From positions 1 to 64,000 of the forward strand of contig JAKFCT010000059.1 in assembly GCA_036676495.1 (NCBI GenBank): 64,000 nt of DNA, written 5' to 3'. This DNA is from Candidatus Sericytochromatia bacterium. GTDB taxonomy: Bacteria; Cyanobacteriota; Sericytochromatia; S15B-MN24; UBA4093. The position numbers were made by a program, and so were the translations under genes. Below are positions 1 to 9,990 of the stretch, piece after piece. The notes beneath the pieces were generated by a model that had not been told where the DNA came from, did not search any database, and was given only the letters and a program-made list of their open reading frames with translations. Within the stretch, counting starts at the first letter, position 1. The number at the start of each line of letters is the position of its first letter.

Positions 1-6
1 CGATAA

Positions 7-78
7 GCCCCCATGGTCTATCGGTTAGGACACCACTCTTTCAAGGTGGTAGGGCGGGTTCGACTCCCGCTGGGGGTA
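7..78 (+). tRNA. tRNA-Glu(TTC)
   Basis: Cloverleaf: acceptor GCCCCCA/TGGGGGT, anticodon stem CCACT/GGTGG with loop CTTTCAA, T-loop GGTTCGACTCC; CCA not encoded. Confidence 0.95.
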
Positions 79-96
79 CTGCCGGAAACGGCATTT

Positions 97-169
97 GCCC
101 GATTCGTCTAGAGGCCTAGGACGCCGCCCTCTCACGGCGGTAACACGGGTTCGAATCCCGTATCGGGTA
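97..169 (+). tRNA. tRNA-Glu(CTC)
   Basis: Acceptor GCCCGAT/ATCGGGT, anticodon stem CCGCC/GGCGG with loop CTCTCAC, T-loop GGTTCGAATCC; CCA not encoded. Confidence 0.95.
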
Positions 170-175
170 CTGATT

Positions 176-209
176 GGCCACGACTCAATTCAATTGAGTC
201 GTGGCCTTT
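176..209 (+). terminator. Intrinsic terminator after tRNA pair
   Basis: Perfect 15-bp inverted repeat GGCCACGACTCAATT-C-AATTGAGTCGTGGCC followed by TTT. Confidence 0.75.
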
Positions 210-236
210 GCTATGGGGCGTTCGAGCATCGGCAGG

Positions 237-1298
237 CTAGATCGTTTCCGCGCTCCCATCGAGAAGCTCTTGTGCCTCCCAGAGGGCGACCACATCGAGC
301 GTGCGCCTGAACCATCGCAGGCTCTCCTGGAAGATCGATTGATAGACATTCGTCAGGAGGGAGAAGCGATAATCCCAGAGGCACTGGTCCCAGCCATAGC
401 GCTGGACTCCTCGCGCCAGGAGTCGTTCGTGATAACGCCGTAGCGACGCGAGATCGCGGCTTCGGCGGTCCGCGGCATCAACCGACAGCAAGGCGAACAT
501 CAGGTCGTGCGGCCCCAGGCCACGTTTGACCTGGCCCCAGTCGATGACTTTGATCGGGCTGACCGCGTTGGGTTGCCTGGCGATGAAGACATTGCCGAGA
601 AGGTGAAAATCGCCATGCAGCAGAGTCAGGCCACGATGGTCGACGGTACGCTCGATGAAATGGGCGGCCCATCGCGCGTCCAGTCGCGCGAGGAGTTGAG
701 CTTCCCCCTCGCTGAGCTCAGATCCAAACGCCTCCCGGAAGCGCGAGACGGCATTCCGCGCTGATGCCGTGTTTGCCCGGAGCCCCTGGAGCGGAATCGC
801 TTGCGCCATGCGCATCACGGTGTCCTCCGGCTGGAGGAAGGCTGCGGTGTCAAGCATAGGAGCCTCCCACCACTGGGCATGGAAGTCAGCCAGGGTATCC
901 ACGAGGAGGTCCAGCCAAGCATCGGCCATGGGGGACGTGACCGGCTGAAAGCAGGTCGCGAGATCTTCGATCAAGAGCACACAGGTCTCAGCGGCGGGAT
1001 CGTCGATGAGGCCGTAGAGCGTGGGGGCGATGGACAGGCGTAGTGCCGGTGTAATCCGCCGATAAGCCAGCACTTCCTGCAATCCTCCTCGCTGGTACCA
1101 CTCCGGGCCATAGATCTTGCAAATCATGGTCTCGGGCAAGCGCTGGGCAGTCTCGGAGCGATAACGAAGCCGGCACCGGTAGACTGCGGTGGCGAACGCT
1201 TGAAACGTTTCGCCCTCTTCGACGGCGATGACTTCGCCATCTTGCAGGAAGCCTTCAGCGTGCAGAGCTTGGGTGATGGCGGTGGCGGACGGGAACAT
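237..1298 (-). CDS. Aminoglycoside phosphotransferase/choline kinase-like phosphotransferase
   Basis: 353-aa ORF with catalytic HGDFHxxxN and metal-binding IDWG motifs, LLIEDL hinge. Confidence 0.8.
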   Translation of the reverse strand: MFPSATAITQALHAEGFLQDGEVIAVEEGETFQAFATAVYRCRLRYRSETAQRLPETMICKIYGPEWYQRGGLQEVLAYRRITPALRLSIAPTLYGLIDDPAAETCVLLIEDLATCFQPVTSPMADAWLDLLVDTLADFHAQWWEAPMLDTAAFLQPEDTVMRMAQAIPLQGLRANTASARNAVSRFREAFGSELSEGEAQLLARLDARWAAHFIERTVDHRGLTLLHGDFHLLGNVFIARQPNAVSPIKVIDWGQVKRGLGPHDLMFALLSVDAADRRSRDLASLRRYHERLLARGVQRYGWDQCLWDYRFSLLTNVYQSIFQESLRWFRRTLDVVALWEAQELLDGSAETI

Positions 1299-1451
1299 GC
1301 CGTTATGGTACCACCTCGTCCGTCACAGTGCTCGATAGCCAGTCAGGGCCCTCCTGTCCGGTGGGAGCAGCGAGCTTGGTCAGGATCGCGAGCGGCGGTG
1401 AGTTGCCTCATCATTTGCTTCCACGTTCGAGTGAGGGACCGACGCTAGAAC

Positions 1452-1550
1452 GGTTAGTGTGGATAAGTAAGAGTTCGAAGACTGTCCCGTAAAGGGTACT
1501 AACAAACAAAGCAGCTTGGTGGGGTTTCCGCCAAGCTGCTTTGTTGCTTT
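1452..1550 (+). repeat. Copy A of ~95-bp direct repeat (tRNA-3'-like segment + terminator hairpin)
   Basis: Aligns with 2301-2395; shares CAAAGCAGCTTGGTGGG..TTCCGCCAAGCTGCTTTGT hairpin and GTTCGA..ACT.TCCCGTAA.GG segment. Confidence 0.85.
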
Positions 1551-1699
1551 ACCCTTCAGCCTTGAGGCGAAATCACCTCTCAGCCGGACAAGATTTTCGG
1601 GCGAGCGCAAGTGTGACTCCTTGGCCTTTGCATGGGAAAATGCCTGCTTGCATGCTATGCAGACGAACCATGGTACTGGTTCCGATACAGGAGGGCTGA

Positions 1700-2206
1700 A
1701 TGTTGAAGAAGACCCTACTCGCCGCCACCTTGGCCACGGGCTTTGCCTTTGGGGCCACACTTCCAGCTTATGCCGAGACTAGCGATGAGCCCATGAGGCT
1801 TGCCCAAATGCGTCGTTCTGAGCCGCGGGCTCAGGCGCAACGCAGGGATCAAGGGCAGGCTGTGATTGCCGGCGTCTCTTCGCTTGTTGTTCCGGGGCTA
1901 GGTCAGGTGCTTTTCAACCAGGAAATCGTAAAGGGCGTCGTGCACTTCGTCGGAGCCATTGGCCTCTGGTCGCTGCCCCGGTTTGTTCCGCTGGGCGGCC
2001 TGGAGGGAATCTACTACGCAGTGCCGGTGCTTTGGCATGCCTACTCGGGCTACGACGCTTATACCGTCGCGGGTGGAACCCGCTTGGTAGCGCTTCCGGG
2101 CGAGCCCCTGCAAGCCTGGAGCTTCGATCAGCAGGTGCAAGCCTTCCACCCCACTTCGGGTGAGCTCAGCCATTTGCAACTGACGAGTTCGCAGATCCTG
2201 GACTAG
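1700..2206 (+). CDS. Exported/membrane hypothetical protein
   Basis: GGAGGG RBS, signal peptide ending AYA, PGLGQ..KG TM2-like hydrophobic motif. Confidence 0.75.
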   Translation: MLKKTLLAATLATGFAFGATLPAYAETSDEPMRLAQMRRSEPRAQAQRRDQGQAVIAGVSSLVVPGLGQVLFNQEIVKGVVHFVGAIGLWSLPRFVPLGGLEGIYYAVPVLWHAYSGYDAYTVAGGTRLVALPGEPLQAWSFDQQVQAFHPTSGELSHLQLTSSQILD

Positions 2207-2300
2207 CCCGCTCAGTCAAGGGGCAGTCTCAGTGGTGAGGGCTTTTCGTGACCTTGCCCCGGTCGTTGCTTCAACGCGAATGGGGAACCGTCTCAAGCTC

Positions 2301-2395
2301 CGTTAGCGTGGCTAAGACAGTTCGATTACTTTCCCGTAAGGGCTACGCAGCCAAAGCAGCTTGGTGGGTTTTCCGCCAAGCTGCTTTGTGGTTTT
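2301..2395 (+). repeat. Copy B of ~95-bp direct repeat
   Basis: See copy A at 1452-1550. Confidence 0.85.
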
Positions 2396-2471
2396 CATAT
2401 GGTCCGGTATTGAGGGACGCTAAATTTTCGGCTGGACTTCTTGCCCGGGGCAATCGAACGCGCTCGATTGC

Positions 2472-3029
2472 TTACTTAGTGAATGGGGGTGTGGGACGAT
2501 ACTCACTCGAGGGGGGCATTGGACGGCTGTAGGGTGAACGGTCGAATTCTGGAAGACGCCTGGCGTCCTCTTGCGGATCGTAGTAGGTGTGCGTGGTGCG
2601 ACCCGTGTCCTTGCGGATGTAATCCAGGAACACGAGTTCCATGTCGCTGAGGATGCTACCGATCCGCTCGTGACTAAAGAAGCCCCTGTCGATCTTGCCA
2701 TTGCCATTCAGGTCGGCCCTTTGCAGAATGAGCTCGATCATCTCGTCGGCATCCAGGCCATTACCGTTCTTGTCCGCGATCTGTACATGCTTCTGGTTCA
2801 ACGACGTGTACACGTCGTATTGGGTGGTCGTGACCGTCACGTAGTCCCCCGTCCAGTCCCGCTTATGCTCAAACCTGGACGACGAATACTCAAACTCGGG
2901 CTCGGCATTCATCTCGTTATGGTCGATCAGGCCGTTCTTGTCGGTGTCAAAGCGTTCGAGTAGGTTCTGCGATGACTTTTGCAGGTAGTTTAGGTCCGCC
3001 TGGGACATGCCGGTGACCGAGTACGCCAT
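2472..3029 (-). CDS. EF-hand Ca-binding hypothetical protein
   Basis: AGGAGG RBS; EF-hand-like loops DTDKNGLIDHNE, DKNGNGLDADE, DLNGNGKID. Confidence 0.75.
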   Translation of the reverse strand: MAYSVTGMSQADLNYLQKSSQNLLERFDTDKNGLIDHNEMNAEPEFEYSSSRFEHKRDWTGDYVTVTTTQYDVYTSLNQKHVQIADKNGNGLDADEMIELILQRADLNGNGKIDRGFFSHERIGSILSDMELVFLDYIRKDTGRTTHTYYDPQEDARRLPEFDRSPYSRPMPPSSEYRPTPPFTK

Positions 3030-3354
3030 CCTTACCTCCTGAGAATCCGTAGGGGCTGACCTACGGATTCTATCCAGTGGGTTTTCGAAATCTTGCTAAA
3101 CTTCCGCCTCGGAGAATCGTTCGCCTCCATGACATGCTCATGCGCATGCGTGAGGCGAAATCAGATTTCCTCGGGCCTGCTTTCCCGGAAGGCGCGTTCT
3201 CCGCGTCTCTTGTTCGAACCATAAACAAATCTTCACCGGAGAAGCCGGAAATCGGCCCGGTCGCTCGTTGCTGCGCGGATCCGGAGTGGATAGGGTGAAG
3301 GCGAGCCCCAGGCTCCTCCGAAACAACTGCTTCATCCACAGGGGGATATCACTG

Positions 3355-5631
3355 ATGACCGAAAGCGTAAGAGATCGGCTCCAAACGAGCGAAGAAATTC
3401 TGCCCCAGGCCTGGCGCCGCTTCAAGGCCGGGGACTGGACCCGTCAGGTCGACGTCCGGGACTTCATCCACCGGAACTGGACCCCCTACTACGGTAACGA
3501 AACCTTCCTGGAAGGCCCCACCCGTGCCACCCTCGAGCTGCATGAGCAGGTCGCCGAGCTGCGGCGCCAGGAGTACGAGCGCGGAGGCGTGCTCGACATC
3601 GATACCCGCACCCCTTCGACCATCGTCTCCCACCGGCCCGGCTACCTCGACCGGGATCTGGAAGCCATCGTCGGCCTGCAGACCGACGCTCCGCTGCGCC
3701 GGGCCATCATGCCGAACGGCGGCATCCGGATGGTGGAGGACGGCTGCAAGGACTATGGCTACGAGCTGGATCCCGTGGTCAAGGAGGTATTCACCAAGTA
3801 CCGCAAGACCCATAACCAGGGCGTCTTCGATGCCTACACCCCCGAGATGCTGCTGGCCCGCAAGAGCGGCATCATCACGGGCCTTCCCGATGCCTACGGC
3901 CGGGGCCGCATCATCGGCGACTACCGCCGGGTGCCGCTTTACGGAGTGACCTTCCTGATCCAGGAGAAGCGTCACGAGCGCTCGCTCACCGACCGTGCCC
4001 CCATGAGCGAGGCCGTGATCCGCGAGCGCGAGGAGCTCACCGAGCAGATCCGGGCCCTGGACGAGCTGATGGAGATGGCCTCCGAGTACGGCTTCGACGT
4101 CTCGCGACCCGCTGAGAATGCCGCTGAGGCGGTGCAGTGGCTGTACTTCGCCTACCTCGCCGCCATCAAGGAGCAGAACGGCGCAGCCATGAGCCTAGGC
4201 CGGGTCAGCACCTTCCTGGACATCTACTTCGAGCGTGACCTGGCCGACGGGACGCTCACCGAGCGCGAGGCCCAGGAGCTGATGGACCACTTCGTGATGA
4301 AGCTGAGGCTCGTCAACTTCCTGCGCACCCCCGACTACAACCAGCTTTTCAGCGGCGATCCCACCTGGGTGACCGAGGTGGTCGGTGGCATGTCCTTGGA
4401 TGGCCGCCCCCATGTGACCAAGACCTCGTACCGGACCCTTCACACGCTCTACAACCTGGGGCCGGCTCCCGAGCCCAACCTGACGGTCCTCTGGTCGCGG
4501 GATCTTCCGCGCGCCTTCAAGGAGTATTGTGCCAAGGTCTCGATCGACACGAGCGCCATCCAGTACGAGAACGACGACCTGATGCGGCCGATGTTCGGAG
4601 ACGACTACGGCATCGCCTGCTGCGTCTCCGCCATGCGGATCGGCAAGCAGATGCAGTTCTTCGGAGCCCGCGCCAACCTCGCCAAGGCCCTTCTCTACGC
4701 CATCAACGGCGGCGTGGACGAGGTGCTCGGCGTGCAGGTCGGCCCGGAAACGGAGCCGCTGTCGGGAGAGGTGCTGGACTACGACGCGGTCATGGAGCGC
4801 TTCGATGCGGTGATGGACTGGCTCGCCAGTGAATACGTCAACACCCTCAACGTCATCCACTACATGCACGACAAGTACGCCTACGAGCGCCTGGAGATGG
4901 CCCTTCACGATCGTCACGTCCTCCGGACGATGGCCTGCGGGATCGCCGGTCTGTCGGTGGTTGCCGACTCGCTGAGCGCCATCAAGTTCGCCAAGGTCAG
5001 GGCCATCCGTAACGAGCAGGGCCTCGCGACCCGCTTCGAGACGGAAGGCGACTTCCCGGCCTTCGGCAACAACGACCACCGGGTGGACGCGATCGCGGTC
5101 TCGCTGGTCGAGACCTTCATGGAGAAGCTGCGGAAGGTTCCGACCTACCGGAACTCCGTGCATACGCAATCGGTCCTGACCATCACCTCCAACGTGGTCT
5201 ACGGCAAGAAGACCGGGGACACTCCGGACGGCCGAAGCAAGGGAGAGCCCTTCGCGCCGGGTGCCAACCCGATGCACGGGCGGGATGCGAAGGGGGCGAT
5301 CGCCTCGTTCACCTCGCTCGCCAAGCTCCCCTATGCCGAAAGCCAGGACGGCATCTCCTACACCTTCTCGATCCTGCCGGAGGCCCTCGGCAAGACCCGC
5401 TTCGAGCAGGTGAACAACATGGTGGGCCTGCTGGACGGCTACTCCACCCAGGGCGGCCACCACGTGAACGTCAACGTCTTCGCCCGTGAGCAGCTGCTGG
5501 ATGCAATGGAGCATCCCGAGCTCTACCCGCAGCTGACCATCCGGGTCTCGGGCTACGCCGTCAACTTCATCAAGCTCACGCGCGAGCAGCAGCTCGACGT
5601 GATCAACCGGACGATGCACGCCAAACTCTAA
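3355..5631 (+). CDS. pflB: Pyruvate formate-lyase (formate C-acetyltransferase)
   Basis: [17 protein letters not shown], active-site IACCVS, C-terminal glycyl radical motif TIRVSGYAV. Confidence 0.97.
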   Translation: MTESVRDRLQTSEEILPQAWRRFKAGDWTRQVDVRDFIHRNWTPYYGNETFLEGPTRATLELHEQVAELRRQEYERGGVLDIDTRTPSTIVSHRPGYLDRDLEAIVGLQTDAPLRRAIMPNGGIRMVEDGCKDYGYELDPVVKEVFTKYRKTHNQGVFDAYTPEMLLARKSGIITGLPDAYGRGRIIGDYRRVPLYGVTFLIQEKRHERSLTDRAPMSEAVIREREELTEQIRALDELMEMASEYGFDVSRPAENAAEAVQWLYFAYLAAIKEQNGAAMSLGRVSTFLDIYFERDLADGTLTEREAQELMDHFVMKLRLVNFLRTPDYNQLFSGDPTWVTEVVGGMSLDGRPHVTKTSYRTLHTLYNLGPAPEPNLTVLWSRDLPRAFKEYCAKVSIDTSAIQYENDDLMRPMFGDDYGIACCVSAMRIGKQMQFFGARANLAKALLYAINGGVDEVLGVQVGPETEPLSGEVLDYDAVMERFDAVMDWLASEYVNTLNVIHYMHDKYAYERLEMALHDRHVLRTMACGIAGLSVVADSLSAIKFAKVRAIRNEQGLATRFETEGDFPAFGNNDHRVDAIAVSLVETFMEKLRKVPTYRNSVHTQSVLTITSNVVYGKKTGDTPDGRSKGEPFAPGANPMHGRDAKGAIASFTSLAKLPYAESQDGISYTFSILPEALGKTRFEQVNNMVGLLDGYSTQGGHHVNVNVFAREQLLDAMEHPELYPQLTIRVSGYAVNFIKLTREQQLDVINRTMHAKL

Positions 5632-5638
5632 GCCCCGC

Positions 5639-5667
5639 AGGGGCGGGCGGCAAGCCCGCCCCTTTTC
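5639..5667 (+). terminator. Hairpin/attenuating terminator between pflB and pflA
   Basis: GGGGCGGGC-GGCAA-GCCCGCCCC followed by TTTT. Confidence 0.6.
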
Positions 5668-5682
5668 GAAAGCCGGTACCCC

Positions 5683-6444
5683 ATGCAAGGTCGCATTCAT
5701 TCCCTCGAAACCATGGGCCTCGTCGATGGGCCCGGGATCCGTTACGTGGTCTTTCTTCAAGGCTGTCTCTTCCGATGCCGGTTCTGCCATAACCCGGATA
5801 CCTGGGATCGCGACGGCGGCCGCCTCGTCGATAGCGAGGAGCTCGCCACGGAGGCAAGCACGTACCTGCCTTACTACCAGGCATCGGGAGGGGGGATCAC
5901 GGTGAGCGGAGGCGAGCCGCTGCTGCAGGCCGGGTTCGTGCTCGACCTCTTCAAGCGGGCCAAGGCGCTCGGCCTCTCGACAGCGCTCGATACCACGGGC
6001 AGCGTCTGGAATCCCCTCGTCGAGGAGCTCTTGGGCTTCACCGACCTGGTGTTGCTGGACCTCAAGGAGATGGATGCTCAGAAGCACCGTGCCCTCACCG
6101 GCTGCCACAACTCCGCGGTCTTCCGCTTCGCGCGCGAGCTCGAAGCACGCGGCATCGAGACCTGGGCCCGCCATGTGCTCGTCCCCGGCGTCACGGACTC
6201 CACGGAGGGCTTGCTCGACATGGGGCGATTCGTGGCCCCGATGCCGAACGTGACCCGGGTGGAGCTGCTGCCCTTCCACAAGATGGGGGAGTTCAAGTGG
6301 GAGGCGCTTGCGCGCGAGTACACGCTGAGCGCGGCCCAGCCGCCCAGCGAGGAGGCCATGGGCGAGGCCTACGCGATCATCGGCCGGTTCGTGGGCGCAG
6401 AGCGCATGCCCGGATGGAACGACGGACTCGGAAGCGTCGCTTGA
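5683..6444 (+). CDS. pflA: Pyruvate formate-lyase activating enzyme (radical SAM)
   Basis: VDGPGIR..FLQGCxxRCxxCHNPDTW, SGGEPLLQ, ELLPFH; directly downstream of pflB. Confidence 0.96.
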   Translation: MQGRIHSLETMGLVDGPGIRYVVFLQGCLFRCRFCHNPDTWDRDGGRLVDSEELATEASTYLPYYQASGGGITVSGGEPLLQAGFVLDLFKRAKALGLSTALDTTGSVWNPLVEELLGFTDLVLLDLKEMDAQKHRALTGCHNSAVFRFARELEARGIETWARHVLVPGVTDSTEGLLDMGRFVAPMPNVTRVELLPFHKMGEFKWEALAREYTLSAAQPPSEEAMGEAYAIIGRFVGAERMPGWNDGLGSVA

Positions 6445-6564
6445 GGAAAGCGCTCGCATACCCTCCCGTGGCGGAGCCTGTCAGGGAGCGTTTCTTGCGC
6501 GCTCACGAGGACTTTCGGCCACGTTTCCGAGGACGAGGAAAGGTCGTCCTGCTAAGAAGGGGGC

Positions 6565-8154
6565 ATGAACGCGCCGATCGTCATCGCCGGGGCGGGACCT
6601 GTCGGTCTTTCGCTCGCCTTGGGATTATCCCGGCAAGGGGTGAGCAGCCTCGTCCTGGAAACCAAGGAGGAGTTGAGCCCGCATCCGCGCGCGCCCGCGG
6701 TCCATGCCCGAACGCTCGAGATCTTCCGGGCGTGGGGAGTTCTCGAGCGCTTCATGGACGAGGGAACCTTCCTGACTGAGGCGGATCTCTGGCTGGTAGG
6801 GCATCCAGAGCCGGTCGCTCACATCGATTTGCGCGCGCTCGCGGATCTCTCGGCGACTCCGGGCCTCCTGATCCTGCCTCAGAACCGGACCGAGGCCATT
6901 CTGCTGGAAGAACTCCGCGCCCGAGGCAGGGCAGAGGTGCGGTTCGGGCATACCCTTACCGGCTTTCAGCAGGATGAGGACCGGGTGACGATCACGGTCT
7001 CGCCTCGGGGGGGAGCCCCCTACGAGCTGACCACCGAGCTGCTCGTCGGTTGCGACGGGGCACACAGCACGGTGCGCGAAAGGCTAGGCTGGCAGCTCGA
7101 GGGGAAGACCTACCCGACCCGCCTCATGATCGCAGACATACGCCTGCCCGATGAGCGGAACGTCCTTCCGTGGCCGCGCGCCCAAGTGACCTCCACGCTC
7201 TTGTGCTTCGCCATTCGGATCGAGCCGGAGCTCTGGCGGATCATCAGCACCTTACCCCCCGGGGAGACCGAGGAGGAGTCCGTCTCACCCCGGGCCACGG
7301 CCATGAGGGTATCGACCCTCTTCGGCGCCGGCCCGTTCGAACGGGTCTGGGCCAGCCACTTCCATATCCACTGCCGGACCAGCCCTCACTTCCGACTGGG
7401 GAGAGTCTTGCTGGCGGGCGATGCCGCGCACCTCAACAGCCCAGCGGGCGGCCAGGGCATGAACTCCGGGATCCAGGATGCTCACAACCTCGCCTGGAAG
7501 CTTGCGCGGGTCCTCGCGGAAGGGGACGCTGAGGCGCTTCTCGATTCCTACGAGCAGGAGCGGCGTCCCGCGATCCTCATGGGGGTCGACCACTTCACGG
7601 ACCTGCTCACGCGCGCGACGTTGCTGGCGGGTCCCCGGGCGCGGCTGGCCGTCGCCAAGGTCGTACGCGTCGCGTTGCGGACCCCCGCCCTCATGGCGCG
7701 CCTGGCCCCCAAGATCGGCATGCTCGATGTCCGCTACGGCCCCTCCGCCCTCATCACCGGCGACGCCCCCTTGCTCGGGGCACGTGCTCCCGACGGGGAG
7801 CTGATGGATGCCGCGGGTCAGAGGCGCCGCCTCCACGATCTGGTGGCCCGCGACGCGGCCCTCCTGCTCTTCGATGACGGACGGCTCCCGCGGTGGGACC
7901 GGGAGTCGGTCGCGCGATTGCTTGCGCCCCTATCTGGCCTCAAGGTGGTCCGGTTGCTCATGACGACGGTCACTCCGGAGGGTGAGGACCTGCGGGATGC
8001 TCGGGGAGACCTCTGGGGCAAGTGGCGGGCGTCAGGGGGGATGGCCGCACTGGTGAGGCCGGATGGGCACGTTGGCTGGAGCGCCCATCGTCCCGAGCTG
8101 GACCAGCTCTCGCAAGGGGTCGCGGCTGCACTCGGAGCGAAGCGCCTATTCTGA
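6565..8154 (+). CDS. FAD-dependent monooxygenase (PheA/TfdB-like)
   Basis: GAGPVG, GCDGAHS, LAGDAAHxxSPAGGQGMNSGIQDAHNLAWKL, C-terminal LVRPDGHVGW. Confidence 0.92.
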   Translation: MNAPIVIAGAGPVGLSLALGLSRQGVSSLVLETKEELSPHPRAPAVHARTLEIFRAWGVLERFMDEGTFLTEADLWLVGHPEPVAHIDLRALADLSATPGLLILPQNRTEAILLEELRARGRAEVRFGHTLTGFQQDEDRVTITVSPRGGAPYELTTELLVGCDGAHSTVRERLGWQLEGKTYPTRLMIADIRLPDERNVLPWPRAQVTSTLLCFAIRIEPELWRIISTLPPGETEEESVSPRATAMRVSTLFGAGPFERVWASHFHIHCRTSPHFRLGRVLLAGDAAHLNSPAGGQGMNSGIQDAHNLAWKLARVLAEGDAEALLDSYEQERRPAILMGVDHFTDLLTRATLLAGPRARLAVAKVVRVALRTPALMARLAPKIGMLDVRYGPSALITGDAPLLGARAPDGELMDAAGQRRRLHDLVARDAALLLFDDGRLPRWDRESVARLLAPLSGLKVVRLLMTTVTPEGEDLRDARGDLWGKWRASGGMAALVRPDGHVGWSAHRPELDQLSQGVAAALGAKRLF

Positions 8155-8202
8155 ACGAGGCCTGGTAGGCGCCAGACGCCTAGGCTCAGGGACGCTTGCT
8201 CG

Positions 8203-8883
8203 TCACGGGTCGTAGAACCGCCGGACCTTCCAAATGGTGCACGGAAGCCGCAGGACATCGAGGAACGAGAACGCCTCCTTTTGACCGATGCCCAGGAAGT
8301 ACTTGCCGGTGCGGCCTTCGGGTTCGTAGACGGCGAGGAAGTACTCCCCGGATGTCGGGAGCGGAATCCGGTACTCGGGGGTCACCCAGGACGTCGTGCG
8401 CGTGAAGGGCTCGAAGAACGTTCTGCGGAGTGGGGTCTCGAACCGAATGGCCACGGCTCCGCTGCCCGCAGGTAGGTCGATGGCCGGCAAGGGTGGGGCT
8501 GGCGGAAGCCCTGGCCCGATCAGAACTGCGACCGGACGGAAGTTCAGGAGGTCGGGGATCTTCGGGACGCCGAGTTGAATCGGAACGACGGCCCCTCCGC
8601 GGCTCGTGAAGCGAAAGTAGTCGACCTGCCCGGGGCGGGCCAGGTCCAGATACAAGACCCAGGAGATCTCCGGATCGGGAATCCTCTGAGCGGTCGCCAT
8701 GCTCTGGCCGCTCGCCGTTCCCCCGATTTGCAGGGGCTTGTGACCTTCTGCGGGCGGAGCGGGAAGCATGGCGAGCACCAGCCCGCCCATCAAGGCGCGT
8801 CGCCATCCGCGCCTCTTGGAGGAGCCAGCAGGAGCTGTCGCTGCAACCTCATCAGAAGTCGGCCGGCCCTCAGGGACGGGCAT
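8203..8883 (-). CDS. Exported hypothetical protein
   Basis: Signal-like hydrophobic segment then globular region (TFFEPFT, GKYFLGIGxKEAF); start uncertain. Confidence 0.6.
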   Translation of the reverse strand: MPVPEGRPTSDEVAATAPAGSSKRRGWRRALMGGLVLAMLPAPPAEGHKPLQIGGTASGQSMATAQRIPDPEISWVLYLDLARPGQVDYFRFTSRGGAVVPIQLGVPKIPDLLNFRPVAVLIGPGLPPAPPLPAIDLPAGSGAVAIRFETPLRRTFFEPFTRTTSWVTPEYRIPLPTSGEYFLAVYEPEGRTGKYFLGIGQKEAFSFLDVLRLPCTIWKVRRFYDP

Positions 8884-9132
8884 GGTTCCGCTCCGCGGCC
8901 TTAGCGGTTTCCGCCTCGCCCTTGCTGCGTTGCGCGGTTTCCAGCGCATGAGCCGGGGGCAGGTCGGGAGCGTGAGGCGGCGCGCCGGGGGGTGGGCAAG
9001 CACCCCCCTCCATGAAGCAGCCCAGGCCGATCACGGCCGGATTCGAGCGGAAACCTCGGTATCTCATCCGTCACCTCCAGTTGGCGGAGAATGGGGGGAT
9101 GTCGGTGGGATGCCGCTCCTGTCGAGTGCCTC

Positions 9133-9990
9133 CTAAGAGGCGACGCCAGCACCGGATGGCCAGGGAGTTAACGCCTTGGCGAAGGACAGCAGGTCAGCAT
9201 TGAGTTGCTCCTTGTGGGTATCGAGAAGCCCGTGTGGCGCTCCGGGGTAGACCTTCAAGGTTGCATTCTTGACCAGCGTCGCACTGGCGTTCGCCGCCGC
9301 GACGATCGGCACGATTTGGTCGTCGTCGCCGTGGACGATCAGGGTTGGAATGTCGAACTTCGACAGGTCTTCCGTGAAGTCCGTTTCAGAGAAAGCCTTG
9401 ATGCATTCGTAAACGTTCTTGAGCCCGGCTTGCATGCAGCGCAGCCAAAAAGCGTCGAGCACCCCTTGGCTGACCGTGCTGCCCTGACGGTTCGCTCCGA
9501 AAAACGGTAAGGCAAAATTCTTGTAGAACTGCGAAGGGTCCGCCACAAGGCCCGTTCGTAGCTGATTGAAGACGTCCAACGGCAGGCCATTCGGATTGGC
9601 GGGCGTTTTGAGCATCAGCGGAGGCACGGCCGAGATGAGCACCGCTTTGGCCACCCGTCCCGTGCCGTGGCGACCGATGTATCGTGCCACTTCTCCACCG
9701 CCCGTTGAGTGACCGACCACGATGGCGTCCCTCAGGTCGAGTGACTCGATGAGCCTCGCTAGGTCATCCGCGTAGGTATCCATGTCATTGCCGGGCCCCG
9801 GCTGACTCGAACGCCCATGACCCCGGCGATCATGGGCGATGCAGCGGTACCCTTGCGAGGCCAAAAAGAACATCTGGGCATCCCAGCTATCGGCATTCAG
9901 TGGCCAGCCATGGCTGAACACCACCGGCTGCCCCTTTCCCCATTCCTTGAAGTAGATGTCCGTGTTATCCGCGGTCTTGATGAACCCCAT
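9133..9990 (-). CDS. cpo: Non-heme chloroperoxidase/arylesterase, alpha/beta hydrolase
   Basis: [16 protein letters not shown], nucleophile [22 protein letters not shown]. Confidence 0.9.
   Translation of the reverse strand: MGFIKTADNTDIYFKEWGKGQPVVFSHGWPLNADSWDAQMFFLASQGYRCIAHDRRGHGRSSQPGPGNDMDTYADDLARLIESLDLRDAIVVGHSTGGGEVARYIGRHGTGRVAKAVLISAVPPLMLKTPANPNGLPLDVFNQLRTGLVADPSQFYKNFALPFFGANRQGSTVSQGVLDAFWLRCMQAGLKNVYECIKAFSETDFTEDLSKFDIPTLIVHGDDDQIVPIVAAANASATLVKNATLKVYPGAPHGLLDTHKEQLNADLLSFAKALTPWPSGAGVAS

Noticed and set aside
95-310. 71-aa ORF
   Set aside because: Overlaps tRNA-Glu(CTC) and its terminator
1452-2395. Integron attC interpretation of the repeats
   Set aside because: GTT and AAC ends are in the wrong order relative to RYYYAAC...GTTRRRY, and no integrase is present
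3030-3354. ZTP (pfl) riboswitch, FNR or Rex box upstream of pflB
   Set aside because: No GACTGGCG...GCCTGGGC consensus; TTGT...ACAA at ~3210 has the wrong spacing for Rex; no TTGAT-N4-ATCAA
4195-6459. 754-aa minus-strand ORF, and similar long ORFs at 16939, 18186, 20047, 33377, 37228, 41506, 46079, 57565
   Set aside because: Antisense or off-frame shadows of well-supported genes, expected from high GC3; no motifs of their own
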